A DNA stretch of 28,992 bases from a bacterium (GCA_043803945.1 JAZDJN010000105.1:1-28992), one strand, 5' to 3'; numbered from the stretch's first letter, positions 10,101-19,177 are shown. Made by a program: numbers and translations. The notes: generated by a model not told the origin, from the sequence alone.

Positions 10101-10169
10101 ATCGGTGGCTTCACCAATGAACAGAATTATGGCTTTACAGCTAATCTTGGAATCAGATATCGGTTATGA
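7104..10169 (+). CDS. TonB-dependent outer-membrane transporter (not canonical SusC)
   Basis: Signal peptide; N-terminal carboxypeptidase-regulatory-like domain (GTIKGKVID...LPGA...SYVGY); plug (ISRLPGVS, VVIRGL, KSLTPDMNANSIGGTVN); barrel motifs (TLARPDF, GNPNL); terminal strand NLGIRYRL. Confidence 0.93.
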   Translation: MKNSLARIESAMWSFIIHTGCRFSGRTLLLGGFVFTVMTQSLLASGTIKGKVIDKDTKEGLPGAYVIIKNTSVGTAADLDGNYSIPNAPAGQQTIVVSYVGYRSNTVMVNVPDGGTLQQNFSLQAVAIEGAEVIITAQALGQAQAINQQLSSNKIANIVSEARIQQLPDFNAAAAISRLPGVSTLQSSGEANKVVIRGLAPKYNQITIGGVSLASTGSTQIGVTSQGGTAGSISNDRSVDLSMMSPYMIKSISVFKSLTPDMNANSIGGTVNMELREAPSELHSDLLFQSGYTQKSSQYGNYRAVASVSTRFLDDQLGIYLLGNIEQYDRDADNMNAGYEITSDKPGDNGYLPVRVTNVQLNRHFETRKRFGGNLVLDYRLPSGSLKLVNMFSRLNSDYKEYRTIYNYASLTSDLLFRYQQGENNVDLAMNSLVFTYDLGLMTVDLVAANSYSRNNLPSAPQSEFYQTRGVGSSTPNTIPEDLSYLTSYGGTAATYLNTLTRFSSDYKENGQTYKGNFKIPFNLSSDVVGYIKLGMESKNISHQNAQSTPYATIGGTSTVQTAITNGLRQKYPYLIFNSGVNLFPSTSFTSSDSNILKSFLDDRFGHIIWANDASLLTEMIDFIAGDAQYSADNAPASSPGGWFNGYFQTLPNTYKYVERYTAGYLMSELTYGDLMVVGGIRYEKEKGTYDAYVLMDGRDTRSQKFFPVTANPTNEFWLPMVQAKYNVAEWFDIRAAYTQTLARPDFHQLSPNYTISYGQGTVRAGNPNLRTAHAYNHDLVLTIHTNEIGLFSVAGFYKEVKDFAYSTQYSLYTTGPAGIATVNDFNIGGTAPVKGATLFTYMNTPYIAYVRGIELDLQTRFWYLPVPLNGILLGINYTRISSNAIYPWRNARTTIIGPRQTSTEVFDSTRTGRLISQPNDIVNAYLGYDYKDFSARLSFVFQGNSVGNIGNFAEQDGFTRDYFRMDASARQILPWFGIELFLDASNLNNRNNASAQKSIGGFTNEQNYGFTANLGIRYRL

Positions 10170-10218
10170 ACTATTTAATAATTAATTCTCCAACAAAATA
10201 AATGGAGGTAAAAAAAAT

Positions 10219-11997
10219 ATGAAACGTTTTCTAACCACTCTGTTTCTTTTAGGTATATTGTGCATATCGTCATATGCACAAAAAACGACAGTTGTAGTGC
10301 AGGATTATTGGGAAACAAGTAAGGAAGGAACGCTTAATGATGCTGTTACAGCATCAATCACTGCAGGCAAACTGTCGAATACTATTTTTAAATTAAAGCC
10401 GTATGGCACGTATGTTCTTACCGGATCGATCATTACTCCTGCTGGACAAACGCTCGAAATTACTGCTGATGATCCTGGGACTACACAGGCAACCGCTGCC
10501 CCCATGATTTGCTGGACTGCCAGTACTGCTCCCAGCAAGGCATACATGTTTGATATTGCCGGTACGGTGAAGATGAAGAATGTTTGGCTCTTATGGGCAA
10601 GTCTTGATGGTACACGGTTTACCTCAACTATCCGCATAGGCGACTCATCATCTGTCGGTGGCCGCTGCGAATTTGAAAATGTTACGTTCGATTATGTACA
10701 GCAAGCTTCCAGCGGGGCTGTACAACCGTTTGCTACTCATTTCAAAGGATTTTTCAAGAACTGCTATTTTAGAAATTGCACGGATAACCATTTCAGGTAC
10801 TATAGCAGGGCAGTCTCAGTCCCTTATGGGGCTCAAGGACTGCACACCGACAGTCTTTCATTTGAAAACTGTACCTTCGCAAATATAGGGTATGTCTATA
10901 TGCAGGAAGGTGGTGTGTATGGAGATAATGTTTTCTTTAACCATTGCACGTTTTATAACGTTGTCATGTTTACACTGGAGTCAGGATGGTGGTATAAGAT
11001 GTATGTTACGAATTCCCTATTCATCAATACATTTATGTACGGCTACATTCCATCAGCACCCGGCGGAATCAATGGCGGCACTATTTCCATAGCTCCTATC
11101 GATAGTGGTGCAATGGGAGGCGGTTTCGGATTTACCGTCCCCTTCAGGGAACAGGATCGCCGTATCCTGTTCGCCAACAACAACTACTGTATCGAAACAT
11201 GGCTCGTCGATTGGATGGGATACGGACCGAATGGTAACCCTTACAGCATCGACAAGCATCGGAACAGGCTTGATGATGAGATACCGCTTCCGCAACCAAT
11301 GCTCAACGGTGTCACAAGGACCTTCTTCGATTCGGTTGATGCGTCTGGTAAGAAAGTATTCCCCTACATGAACAAAGCCAATCTCGACAGCATTGCCCCT
11401 GGTTTTATCAATCCGCCAATCAATCAAGATTCTTTGAAGACATTCCTGTATAACAAATGGAATGATAACGCCGATCTCCCCTGGGAATGGGATCCTTTCA
11501 ATAGCTATAATCAGATATGGCCTTTTAAGGAAAATTTGGCTTATACGAACACGGTGTTGCAAACTCACGCAATGGGCGGGTTCCCGTTAGGCGATTTATA
11601 TCATTGGTGGCCGGCAAAGTACACCCAATGGAAGGCACAAGCTACCGCAGAGAATGCGAGAATCACTTCCTGGCTCATGAACGGGAAAGATCCTCTAGCC
11701 TCAGGTGTTGAAAACGCTGGTGGCGCTGTTCCAAATGAATTCAAGCTCAGTCAGAATTATCCCAATCCATTCAACCCCACAACACACATTCAATATTCCG
11801 TACCCATCAGCCGCCATATCTCCCTGAAAGTGTTCAATATGCTTGGTCAGGAAGTGTTAACACTTGTTGATGGTGTTCAGGAAGCCGGTAATTATATTGC
11901 GAAATTTGATGGCACGAGTTTGACAAGCGGTATATACTTTTACAGACTGGAATCGGGCGATGTAAGCCTCTCTAAGAAACTTGTGTTGATAAAATAA
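10219..11997 (+). CDS. Secreted protein with a probable parallel beta-helix region and a T9SS CTD; function unknown
   Basis: Signal peptide SSYA|Q; repeated FENVTF, FKNCYF, FENCTF, FNHCTF, VTNSLF rungs; CTD SQNYPNPFNP...SKKLVLIK; GGAGG RBS. Confidence 0.85.
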   Translation: MKRFLTTLFLLGILCISSYAQKTTVVVQDYWETSKEGTLNDAVTASITAGKLSNTIFKLKPYGTYVLTGSIITPAGQTLEITADDPGTTQATAAPMICWTASTAPSKAYMFDIAGTVKMKNVWLLWASLDGTRFTSTIRIGDSSSVGGRCEFENVTFDYVQQASSGAVQPFATHFKGFFKNCYFRNCTDNHFRYYSRAVSVPYGAQGLHTDSLSFENCTFANIGYVYMQEGGVYGDNVFFNHCTFYNVVMFTLESGWWYKMYVTNSLFINTFMYGYIPSAPGGINGGTISIAPIDSGAMGGGFGFTVPFREQDRRILFANNNYCIETWLVDWMGYGPNGNPYSIDKHRNRLDDEIPLPQPMLNGVTRTFFDSVDASGKKVFPYMNKANLDSIAPGFINPPINQDSLKTFLYNKWNDNADLPWEWDPFNSYNQIWPFKENLAYTNTVLQTHAMGGFPLGDLYHWWPAKYTQWKAQATAENARITSWLMNGKDPLASGVENAGGAVPNEFKLSQNYPNPFNPTTHIQYSVPISRHISLKVFNMLGQEVLTLVDGVQEAGNYIAKFDGTSLTSGIYFYRLESGDVSLSKKLVLIK

Positions 11998-12008
11998 TAA
12001 ATGAACAC

Positions 12009-12063
12009 GCTTGTGCACGTCCTGGACCGGGGGTCGCAGACCCGCTTCCAGGACAGCACAAGC
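12009..12063 (+). other. Long GC-rich stem-loop without a U-tract
   Basis: GCTTGTGC/GCACAAGC, GTCCTGGA/TCCAGGAC and GGGTC-GCA-GACCC are nested, starting 12 nt after the stop codon. Confidence 0.75.
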
Positions 12064-12282
12064 CAGAATGTGAAACTGCAGTATGATAAAATGGGAAGCA
12101 CGAAAGGAGGTGTGCTGGAGTAAGGGGAAAAATTTCAATGTACGATGTTGCTGTTGATGTAAGCGATTGACAGGAACAGGAAGAATTCAGGATGTTCCGT
12201 CAGTCAGAAAGTGAGATAGAATTTGTTTCGTGGTCAAAATTCAGTATTCAGTATAACATTTTTTGAAAGGAGCTGAATCATT

Positions 12283-15009
12283 ATGAAGAAAGCAGCATTC
12301 ATGTTCATCCTCTTGGTAACAGTATTTCTCGTTGTTCTGGGAGATACCGTCCAGGCGCAAACCCCCGTCAGTCAATGGGGTTTCTTGGGCGGTAGACAGG
12401 GCAACTGGAAATTTACGCCGGGATCCGCAGCGGGCAGCGCCAGTATCGGTGGAACCGCGAGTCTTTCAGTAGAATGGGGTGCAATCCGCGGAGGATTCGA
12501 CGCTCCCCTTACCGCAACAACTGCAACCGCTGTTGTTGTGACCGGTACGATAGAATTTGTTGGCGCCGGCATTAACACATGGAGTGGGTTGCGTTACGGA
12601 TTGTTTAATCATACTGCAGCAGGAACATTGATTACTTCAAATGTGGACTCCACGCGCTGGTCTGGAAGTGAATCCAGTTGTTCAGGTTACATGTTCTCGC
12701 CGAAGAGTGGCGCAAATAACGTTACGGACGGGGCGAGCGGTGGCATTGGAACACAGTGGCTACGAATTAGCGGCAACTATATAAGCACGAGTTCAGGTAG
12801 CGGCCCGATTGCTACTGCAGGTGTCGTCAATCAAAGCCCGGTTCGTGCTGTAGCGGACGCGGGTGTGTATGAATTTGCATTCTCCGTTCAGCCGCTGGCA
12901 AATGGAACCAAGGAAGTACGATTCTATTTGATAAAAGGCACCGCTGCTAATAGTGCGAAGTCTACATATTACTTTGGCGGCTCGTTTATCGATACATCAA
13001 GCATAGCTCCGACATTTAACGGTATTGTTTTTGCAGTTCACGCCACAGGCAGCGGACCAAATCCCGATCTTAGGGGAGTAAAGTTATCTAATGTGAAAGC
13101 CTCCTTGGGCACCCCATTCGCAATACCGGTGGCTCCCTGGTCACCGTTCTATGTTGATAACTGGGGTGCGAGTCGTGGAAATGCTTGGAAGATCAAGAAT
13201 GACTCGACGTATCTCGTCGGAGATGCCATGATGTCCGGAGCATCGAAACCAGCTGGGGCTAGCCTCAGTGGAGGTTTTCCTGAAGCTATCCCGATAGCTG
13301 TAGGTGAGGCGATTATCGTGAGCGGTCAACTTGAATACGTTGGTGGCGGTGCAGGTCCAGCCTATACCGGCCTTCGCTATGCTCTGACATTTCAGGACAG
13401 TATGAAACTGAACAATAAAAACAGAGACTCCGCCTTGTGGGTCACGAGCGCTCCAAGCGGTGCCACCAAAGGATCCTACGGATACGAGTTCACACCAAGG
13501 TCAGGCGGTACCGACCTGGCAAATGGTGGCGGCGGATCGGGTGTGATCTGGACGGTGATTAACGGCGGCTGGAATAGTACTTGGAGCAATAATGGAGGAC
13601 CCATCTTTTCAATACTTCAATCTCCTCGCCTTGCGGAAATTTCGATGGGCGTCTATGATTGGAAAATATCCGTTCAACGATTGTCTGATGGCACGAACGA
13701 GGTACGATTCTATATAGAAAAACAGCATGCCACGAATGAACAAACTAAGTACTGGACGGGTGGGGTCGGCATTGACAAGGCACAGGTATCCACAAAATTC
13801 AATTTCATTAATTTCTGGATCAATAACGACATCGAGGCCTCTACCTCCGCGTTCAAACTTATGAATGTGAAGGTTGACAAAGGAGCTCCAATTACTGTTA
13901 CTTCACCTCCTTGGTCAGCTTATTATATTGACCTGTGGGGCTTCATCGGTGGCAGAATCAATGGCTGGAAATACACAAAGGGCGAGTTCACAGGAAATGC
14001 TACAATTTCGGGTACCAGGCCAAACGATCGCTGGTCGGCAATTCGCGGCGGTTTCGATCCCGTAACACCAACCACAACCAAAGCGCTTTACCTCACCGGA
14101 AAAGTAGAATTTGTTGGCGGTGGTTTTGAGGCGCTGAATTCATTCCGCTACGGTGTGTTCTTTAGCGACCAAGCGGGAAAAGTTGATACGACCTCAAAAG
14201 ATTCAACCAGGTGGAGTGGCCTTGAAACTTATCACTCTGGCTATCTCTTCATCCCGCCAAGTGGAACGAATGGCCTTGCCTCATGGCCTGGCTTAGGAAA
14301 AACAGCGAGCTCTGGCGGAGTTGTCTATGGAGCATGGTTGCATAATGATTATACCGCAGCCGGTACCGGCGTTCTCACCTCGAACTACACTCTCGGCACA
14401 GGCCTACAGTCACCGGCAAATGCTGTGGGTAAGGCAGGGGTGTATGATTATGCAATTTCAGTTGCTGCAAAAGCCGACGGATCGGCCGATGTTCGGTATA
14501 AATTCTCGAAAGCCGATAAGAGTTATGTGTTTGAAGGAAAACTCACAGACACAAACAATCCACTGGCAACAAAGGTGTTCAACTGTGTCGCCTTTGCCGT
14601 GGATAGAAATCCTTCAACAACTGGACTTAAAATTACTGATCTGAAAGTTGACTTTGTGGATGTCGCTACGGTACCATTGGTGAATGACCATGAAGTTACA
14701 ACAGCCGTAGAAGAGGGTATCGTTCCGACCGAGTTCGGTATTGCTCAGAACTACCCGAACCCCTTCAATCCTTCAACCTCGATTCAATACGATGTGCCCA
14801 CGAACTCCTATGTGACACTGACAATCCATGATATGCTTGGACGCGTCATTGCTACATTGGTCAATGGAGCGCAAACCCCGAACCGCTATACCGTTCAATG
14901 GAATGCCTCTACGGTGAGCAGTGGTGTGTATTTCTATCGAATCGATGCACGAAGTGAGGATGGAAAGAACAACTTTACTGCAACAAAGAAACTGTTGCTG
15001 GTGAAGTAA
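12283..15009 (+). CDS. Secreted protein with three tandem ~260-aa repeats and a T9SS CTD; function unknown
   Basis: Signal peptide VQA|Q; repeats anchored at W32, W294 and W552; CTD AQNYPNPFNP...TKKLLLVK; AAGGAG RBS. Confidence 0.88.
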   Translation: MKKAAFMFILLVTVFLVVLGDTVQAQTPVSQWGFLGGRQGNWKFTPGSAAGSASIGGTASLSVEWGAIRGGFDAPLTATTATAVVVTGTIEFVGAGINTWSGLRYGLFNHTAAGTLITSNVDSTRWSGSESSCSGYMFSPKSGANNVTDGASGGIGTQWLRISGNYISTSSGSGPIATAGVVNQSPVRAVADAGVYEFAFSVQPLANGTKEVRFYLIKGTAANSAKSTYYFGGSFIDTSSIAPTFNGIVFAVHATGSGPNPDLRGVKLSNVKASLGTPFAIPVAPWSPFYVDNWGASRGNAWKIKNDSTYLVGDAMMSGASKPAGASLSGGFPEAIPIAVGEAIIVSGQLEYVGGGAGPAYTGLRYALTFQDSMKLNNKNRDSALWVTSAPSGATKGSYGYEFTPRSGGTDLANGGGGSGVIWTVINGGWNSTWSNNGGPIFSILQSPRLAEISMGVYDWKISVQRLSDGTNEVRFYIEKQHATNEQTKYWTGGVGIDKAQVSTKFNFINFWINNDIEASTSAFKLMNVKVDKGAPITVTSPPWSAYYIDLWGFIGGRINGWKYTKGEFTGNATISGTRPNDRWSAIRGGFDPVTPTTTKALYLTGKVEFVGGGFEALNSFRYGVFFSDQAGKVDTTSKDSTRWSGLETYHSGYLFIPPSGTNGLASWPGLGKTASSGGVVYGAWLHNDYTAAGTGVLTSNYTLGTGLQSPANAVGKAGVYDYAISVAAKADGSADVRYKFSKADKSYVFEGKLTDTNNPLATKVFNCVAFAVDRNPSTTGLKITDLKVDFVDVATVPLVNDHEVTTAVEEGIVPTEFGIAQNYPNPFNPSTSIQYDVPTNSYVTLTIHDMLGRVIATLVNGAQTPNRYTVQWNASTVSSGVYFYRIDARSEDGKNNFTATKKLLLVK

Positions 15010-15028
15010 GATTCGTCTTAATACGCAG

Positions 15029-15065
15029 AAAGCCCGCCTGTACATCACGGGTGGGCTTTTTTTTT
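15029..15065 (+). terminator. Rho-independent terminator
   Basis: AGCCCGCCTGT-ACATC-ACGGGTGGGCT stem (two G-U pairs) followed by a run of T. Confidence 0.9.
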
Positions 15066-15150
15066 CATCGAATGAATTGCAGACAAACTCTTTTTGTCAG
15101 TGCTTTACCGGAAGAACAAACACTGCTGTAGACATCAATTGTGATTTCTC

Positions 15151-15164
15151 GGAAAACGTTTTTA
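15151..15164. promoter_or_regulatory. Possible LacI-type operator before the downstream enzyme cluster
   Basis: AAAACGTTTT palindrome (15153-15162), about 55 bp upstream of the start codon and downstream of the terminator. Confidence 0.35.
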
Positions 15165-15217
15165 TCTGTGATGCTGAAATGAAGGTGCAATATTACCCAT
15201 GATATCCATGGAGCACG

Positions 15218-16879
15218 ATGATGAGTAACACAATAATACCAATAGACAAGTCACTAAGAATTCTTCCTCTAACTGTTTTATTATCAGTTACTCTCATTGC
15301 TCAATCAACCAAGCCAATACACAGCAAGGCAATCCCTCACCTCGAAAAACAGGGAACAACAACGCAACTGATCGTTGACGGCAAACCATTTCTCATGCTT
15401 GCCGGTGAAACAGGGAATTCAAGCGCATCCTCTATTGACTATATGAACACCATATGGCCAAAAGTAGTAACGATGAATTTGAACACCCTGCTTGTGCCGG
15501 TCTACTGGGAACTGATCGAGCCAGTGGAAGGGAACTATGATTTCACGCTTGTCGATAATGTTATCCTCTCCGCGAGAAAGCACAAGATGCGAATCGTATT
15601 TCTCTGGTTCGGAACATGGAAAAACAGTATGTCGTGTTATGCACCGTACTGGGTGAAGACAGATCAATCGAGATTTCCTCGTTCCAGAAGCAGACAGGGC
15701 AGAGCGGAGGAAATTGTGACTCCATTCAGTACTGCCTGTATGAATGCTGATGCAAAGATATTTGCCGCCCTGATGAAACATATCCGAACATTCGATGAGC
15801 AGCTTCATACAGTACTTATGATGCAAGTGGAAAATGAAATTGGCATGCTTCCCGACGCGAGAGATTACTGCACAGAAGCAAACAGTGCCTTTGCCGCAAA
15901 TGTACCCGACGAACTGATGAGGTATCTGGAAAACCATAAGAACAATCTTGTTCCTGAATTTTTTGAGGTGTGGAAACAGAACGGCTTTAAGTCCTCTGGA
16001 ACATGGGAAGAAGTATTTGGCAAAGGATTGCACACAGATGAAATCTTCATGGCTTGGTATTTTGGCAAGTATACAAATGCTGTCACCGAAGCAGGAAAAA
16101 AAGAATACCCATTACCGATGTTCGTGAATGCCGCACTCATTCGACCGAATTATAAACCGGGCCAGTACCCCAGCGCCGGTCCCCTCCCCCATCTGTTTGA
16201 TATCTGGAAAGCCGCTGCACCACAGATTGATTTTCTTTCACCGGATATCTATTTCAAGAGTTTTGCAGAGTGGACTGCGAAATTCGATCGACAGGGCAAT
16301 GCCATGTTTATTCCTGAAGTCGGTAACGATCAAAGTGTCGTAAACGCGTTTTACGCCTTCGCCCAGCACAACAGCATGGGGTATAGTCCTTTCTCTATTG
16401 AATCGCTCGACAATCCAGAGAATAACCAGGTGGCTAAAGGCTATAACGTTTTAAAGCAGCTCACACCCCTTATTCTTGCCAATCAGGGGAAAGGTGTTAT
16501 GGCTGGAGTGTTACTCGACAGTGCTGATCAAAAAGCTCAAATAAAATTAGGGAAGTACATTTTCAATGTGAGTCATGAATATAGCTGGAGATATGCAGCC
16601 CGTACCGAAGGAGAGAATCCAAGATTCGGCGGAATGATTATTATGCTCTCACCAGATGAGTACCTCATAGCAGGGCGTGGCTTAATTGTCACATTCCAAA
16701 CCAATGCTGATGAGAACTCCATTGCAGGCATTGCCAGTTTAGATGAGGGTACATTTGTCGATGGAAAATGGGTAACCGGTCTTCGTATGAACGGAGATCA
16801 AAGTCATCAAGGCAGGCATATGAATTTACCTGGCTATAAGTTCAGCATGCAAAAGGTAAAGCTGTATACATATAAATAG
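15218..16879 (+). CDS. GH35/GH42-like (clan GH-A) glycoside hydrolase with C-terminal DUF5597
   Basis: QLIVDGKPFLMLAGE, PVYWELIEPVEGNYDF, LWFGTWKN, MMQVENEIG (acid/base), LSPDIY, FIPE (nucleophile), RMNGDQ; signal peptide LIA|Q; no CTD. Confidence 0.85.
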   Translation: MMSNTIIPIDKSLRILPLTVLLSVTLIAQSTKPIHSKAIPHLEKQGTTTQLIVDGKPFLMLAGETGNSSASSIDYMNTIWPKVVTMNLNTLLVPVYWELIEPVEGNYDFTLVDNVILSARKHKMRIVFLWFGTWKNSMSCYAPYWVKTDQSRFPRSRSRQGRAEEIVTPFSTACMNADAKIFAALMKHIRTFDEQLHTVLMMQVENEIGMLPDARDYCTEANSAFAANVPDELMRYLENHKNNLVPEFFEVWKQNGFKSSGTWEEVFGKGLHTDEIFMAWYFGKYTNAVTEAGKKEYPLPMFVNAALIRPNYKPGQYPSAGPLPHLFDIWKAAAPQIDFLSPDIYFKSFAEWTAKFDRQGNAMFIPEVGNDQSVVNAFYAFAQHNSMGYSPFSIESLDNPENNQVAKGYNVLKQLTPLILANQGKGVMAGVLLDSADQKAQIKLGKYIFNVSHEYSWRYAARTEGENPRFGGMIIMLSPDEYLIAGRGLIVTFQTNADENSIAGIASLDEGTFVDGKWVTGLRMNGDQSHQGRHMNLPGYKFSMQKVKLYTYK

Positions 16880-16917
16880 AGACGTTCAAAATATTCTTTC
16901 TGTGATTTCGTTGCTAC

Positions 16918-16938
16918 TCCCGACGCTGTTGGTCGGGA
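16918..16938. repeat. Short REP-like hairpin
   Basis: TCCCGAC-GCTGTTG-GTCGGGA, intergenic. Confidence 0.45.
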
Positions 16939-17032
16939 TTACAATGAATGCTATGATGATTGTACAGAAGTCTCATGCACTGAATTATGCTGAGGAACGA
17001 TCAACTACACATGCAGTAGACACAATCAGGTA

Positions 17033-19177
17033 GTGAAATCCATATTGATGCAATTCATACAAGTCATAGTAATCGGAACGCTGGTTCTGTCATCGACACC
17101 GATTGGCCAACATAAACAGAATGGCACTCATCAGCAATCTCGATCCGATGTATCCATGAGAAGAACGTGGATGGCCGATAATGGCAACGGAACATTCACC
17201 AATCCCATTTTTTATGATGAATTTTCCGATCCCGATTTGATCCGGGTGGGTGATGACTACTACCTGACAGGAACGACAATGCATGCGTTGCCCGGCTTGC
17301 CGGTGTTGCATTCAAAGGATCTAGTCAACTGGGAGTTCCTCAGCCATGCTTTAGATAAACTGGATTTGGGTCCTGAATTCCGGTTAGAAGATGGTAAAGA
17401 CATTTATGGACAAGGAATCTGGGCTCCATGCTTTCGCTTCCACAATGGAACATTTTACATTTTCTCGAATGTCAACAGGAGGAAAACACAGGTCTTTACT
17501 GCAACCAATCCTGCCGGACCGTGGACGCACACCGAGATGAACGTTTCGCTGCATGATCTATCCATTCTATTTGATGACGATGGAAAAACATATGTGGTTT
17601 GGGGATATGATGAGATACGAATGGCAGAGGTGAATGAATATCTTACCGACCTGAAGCCAGGCACCGAGAAGATCATTATTCCCAAAGGAAGCGGTGCCGG
17701 CGAGGGAAATCATTTTTATAAAATAGACGGGAAGTATGTTATTACGCTGACAAATTGGGATCCGGTCTGTTACCAGGTTTGTGCGCGGTCAGAACAACCG
17801 TATGGTCCCTATGAAATCACACCGATAAGCGTTGGCGAGAACTTTGGTATCGGCACGGGATGGAGACTGCCATACTCGAGCAAGGATGGACAATTTCAAT
17901 TAATCCCCCCACAGAAAAACTATGTCGGATGTGTCACGCTGCATCAGGGAGGTATTGTGCAAACACAGACGGGGGAATGGTGGGGATTTTCGATGATGGA
18001 CCACAACTCAGTGGGAAGACTCTTGTGTTTGTCACCCGTAACATGGGAAAATGGCTGGCCGTACTTCGGATTACCCGGTAACCTCACCAGATCTCCTCAA
18101 ACATGGATTAAGCCCCAAACCGGTTTTGCTTCAACTCCTAAAGCGCCCTACGAACGAAGCGATGACTTTTCAGGACCAACGCTAAAGCCTGTCTGGCAAT
18201 GGAACCATGTGCCAGTTGATGCGAATTGGTCCTTAATAAAGCTCAAGGGATATTTACTGTTACGCTCTTTGCCTGCTGAGGATTTCTGGCATGCACGTAA
18301 TTCGCTTACGCAGAGGGCTATTGGACCCGAATCTATTGTCACAACGGAAGTCGATGCCGAAGAATTGAAGGATGGCGATATTGCCGGTCTCGGTCTTTTA
18401 AATTATCCGTACGCGTGGATAGGTATTACACGGACCGATGGAGGATATAGCATTCAGCAATTTGACCAGCGAACAAACAAACTCCAGAGTGAAAGAATTA
18501 TTGCAGCACGAATTTTGTTTCGCGTTCACTGTAACTTCGATACTGAATATGCCTCGTTCAGCTACAGCATCGATGGCAAAACGTTCCTGCCTTTCGGTGA
18601 GCAATTCATTATGGCGTACCAGTTAAAGACATTTCAAGGTGTGCGCTTTGCACTATTCAATTATAACGCTCGAGGCATGGAAGGTGGAACCGCTGCCTTT
18701 AATACATTTGACGTAACCGAGCTCCGTCCTTACGGCTTGACAACGCCCATACCTTACGGTGAAACAGTATCGTTTATGAATCTTGCCGACAGCAGTGTGC
18801 TCGTGAATTGGAAAAATATTCTTAGACCGATTTCATATTCTAATCCATTAGCCAAGACCGTAGCATCACATTTTAATGTGATAGATAGGGGCAATGGTCG
18901 AATCGCACTTCAATCGGAAGTTGGGGGCGGTTTTGTTTCAGTTACGGGAAATGGAGGTATGAGCGAAGTACGTATTGAAAAGGATGATACGGGGAATGCT
19001 TCAACATTCCAATGGCAGGACATGCTGCGCGGTGATCTGATGCTCATGTCTCTGAAAACAAACCGCTATCTCTTTGTCGATCCCTTTGCCGGAAGCCTCT
19101 GCTCTGCAGATTCTCCTGGTACCCGACCAGACAGGAAGGACGGTTCTTGCTTCACGTGGAAAAGAGCAAGAAGGTAA
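17033..19177 (+). CDS. GH43 beta-xylosidase/alpha-L-arabinofuranosidase with a beta-sandwich domain and a C-terminal beta-trefoil (fascin-like) domain
   Basis: NPIFYDEFSDPDLIRVGDDYY, HSKDLVNW, GIWAP, HDLSILFDDDG, GEGNHFYKIDGKY, HQGG, SDDF..WQWNH; tail FNVIDRGNGRIALQS. GTG start and signal peptide. Confidence 0.9.
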   Translation: MKSILMQFIQVIVIGTLVLSSTPIGQHKQNGTHQQSRSDVSMRRTWMADNGNGTFTNPIFYDEFSDPDLIRVGDDYYLTGTTMHALPGLPVLHSKDLVNWEFLSHALDKLDLGPEFRLEDGKDIYGQGIWAPCFRFHNGTFYIFSNVNRRKTQVFTATNPAGPWTHTEMNVSLHDLSILFDDDGKTYVVWGYDEIRMAEVNEYLTDLKPGTEKIIIPKGSGAGEGNHFYKIDGKYVITLTNWDPVCYQVCARSEQPYGPYEITPISVGENFGIGTGWRLPYSSKDGQFQLIPPQKNYVGCVTLHQGGIVQTQTGEWWGFSMMDHNSVGRLLCLSPVTWENGWPYFGLPGNLTRSPQTWIKPQTGFASTPKAPYERSDDFSGPTLKPVWQWNHVPVDANWSLIKLKGYLLLRSLPAEDFWHARNSLTQRAIGPESIVTTEVDAEELKDGDIAGLGLLNYPYAWIGITRTDGGYSIQQFDQRTNKLQSERIIAARILFRVHCNFDTEYASFSYSIDGKTFLPFGEQFIMAYQLKTFQGVRFALFNYNARGMEGGTAAFNTFDVTELRPYGLTTPIPYGETVSFMNLADSSVLVNWKNILRPISYSNPLAKTVASHFNVIDRGNGRIALQSEVGGGFVSVTGNGGMSEVRIEKDDTGNASTFQWQDMLRGDLMLMSLKTNRYLFVDPFAGSLCSADSPGTRPDRKDGSCFTWKRARR

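Noticed and set aside
10219-11997. Annotation as SusD
   Set aside because: No lipobox cysteine or TPR/helical SusD pattern; beta-rich with a T9SS CTD.
12064-12282. Small ORF or internal promoter (AAGGAGGT near 12104, TTGACA near 12167)
   Set aside because: The SD has no properly spaced start codon, and TTGACA has no matching -10 box at 16-18 bp.
15419-16033. 204-aa minus-strand ORF and the other short alternative-frame ORFs (e.g. 5907..6443, 11053..11568, 20556..21077)
   Set aside because: All overlap well-supported genes and show no recognisable motifs; treated as shadow ORFs.
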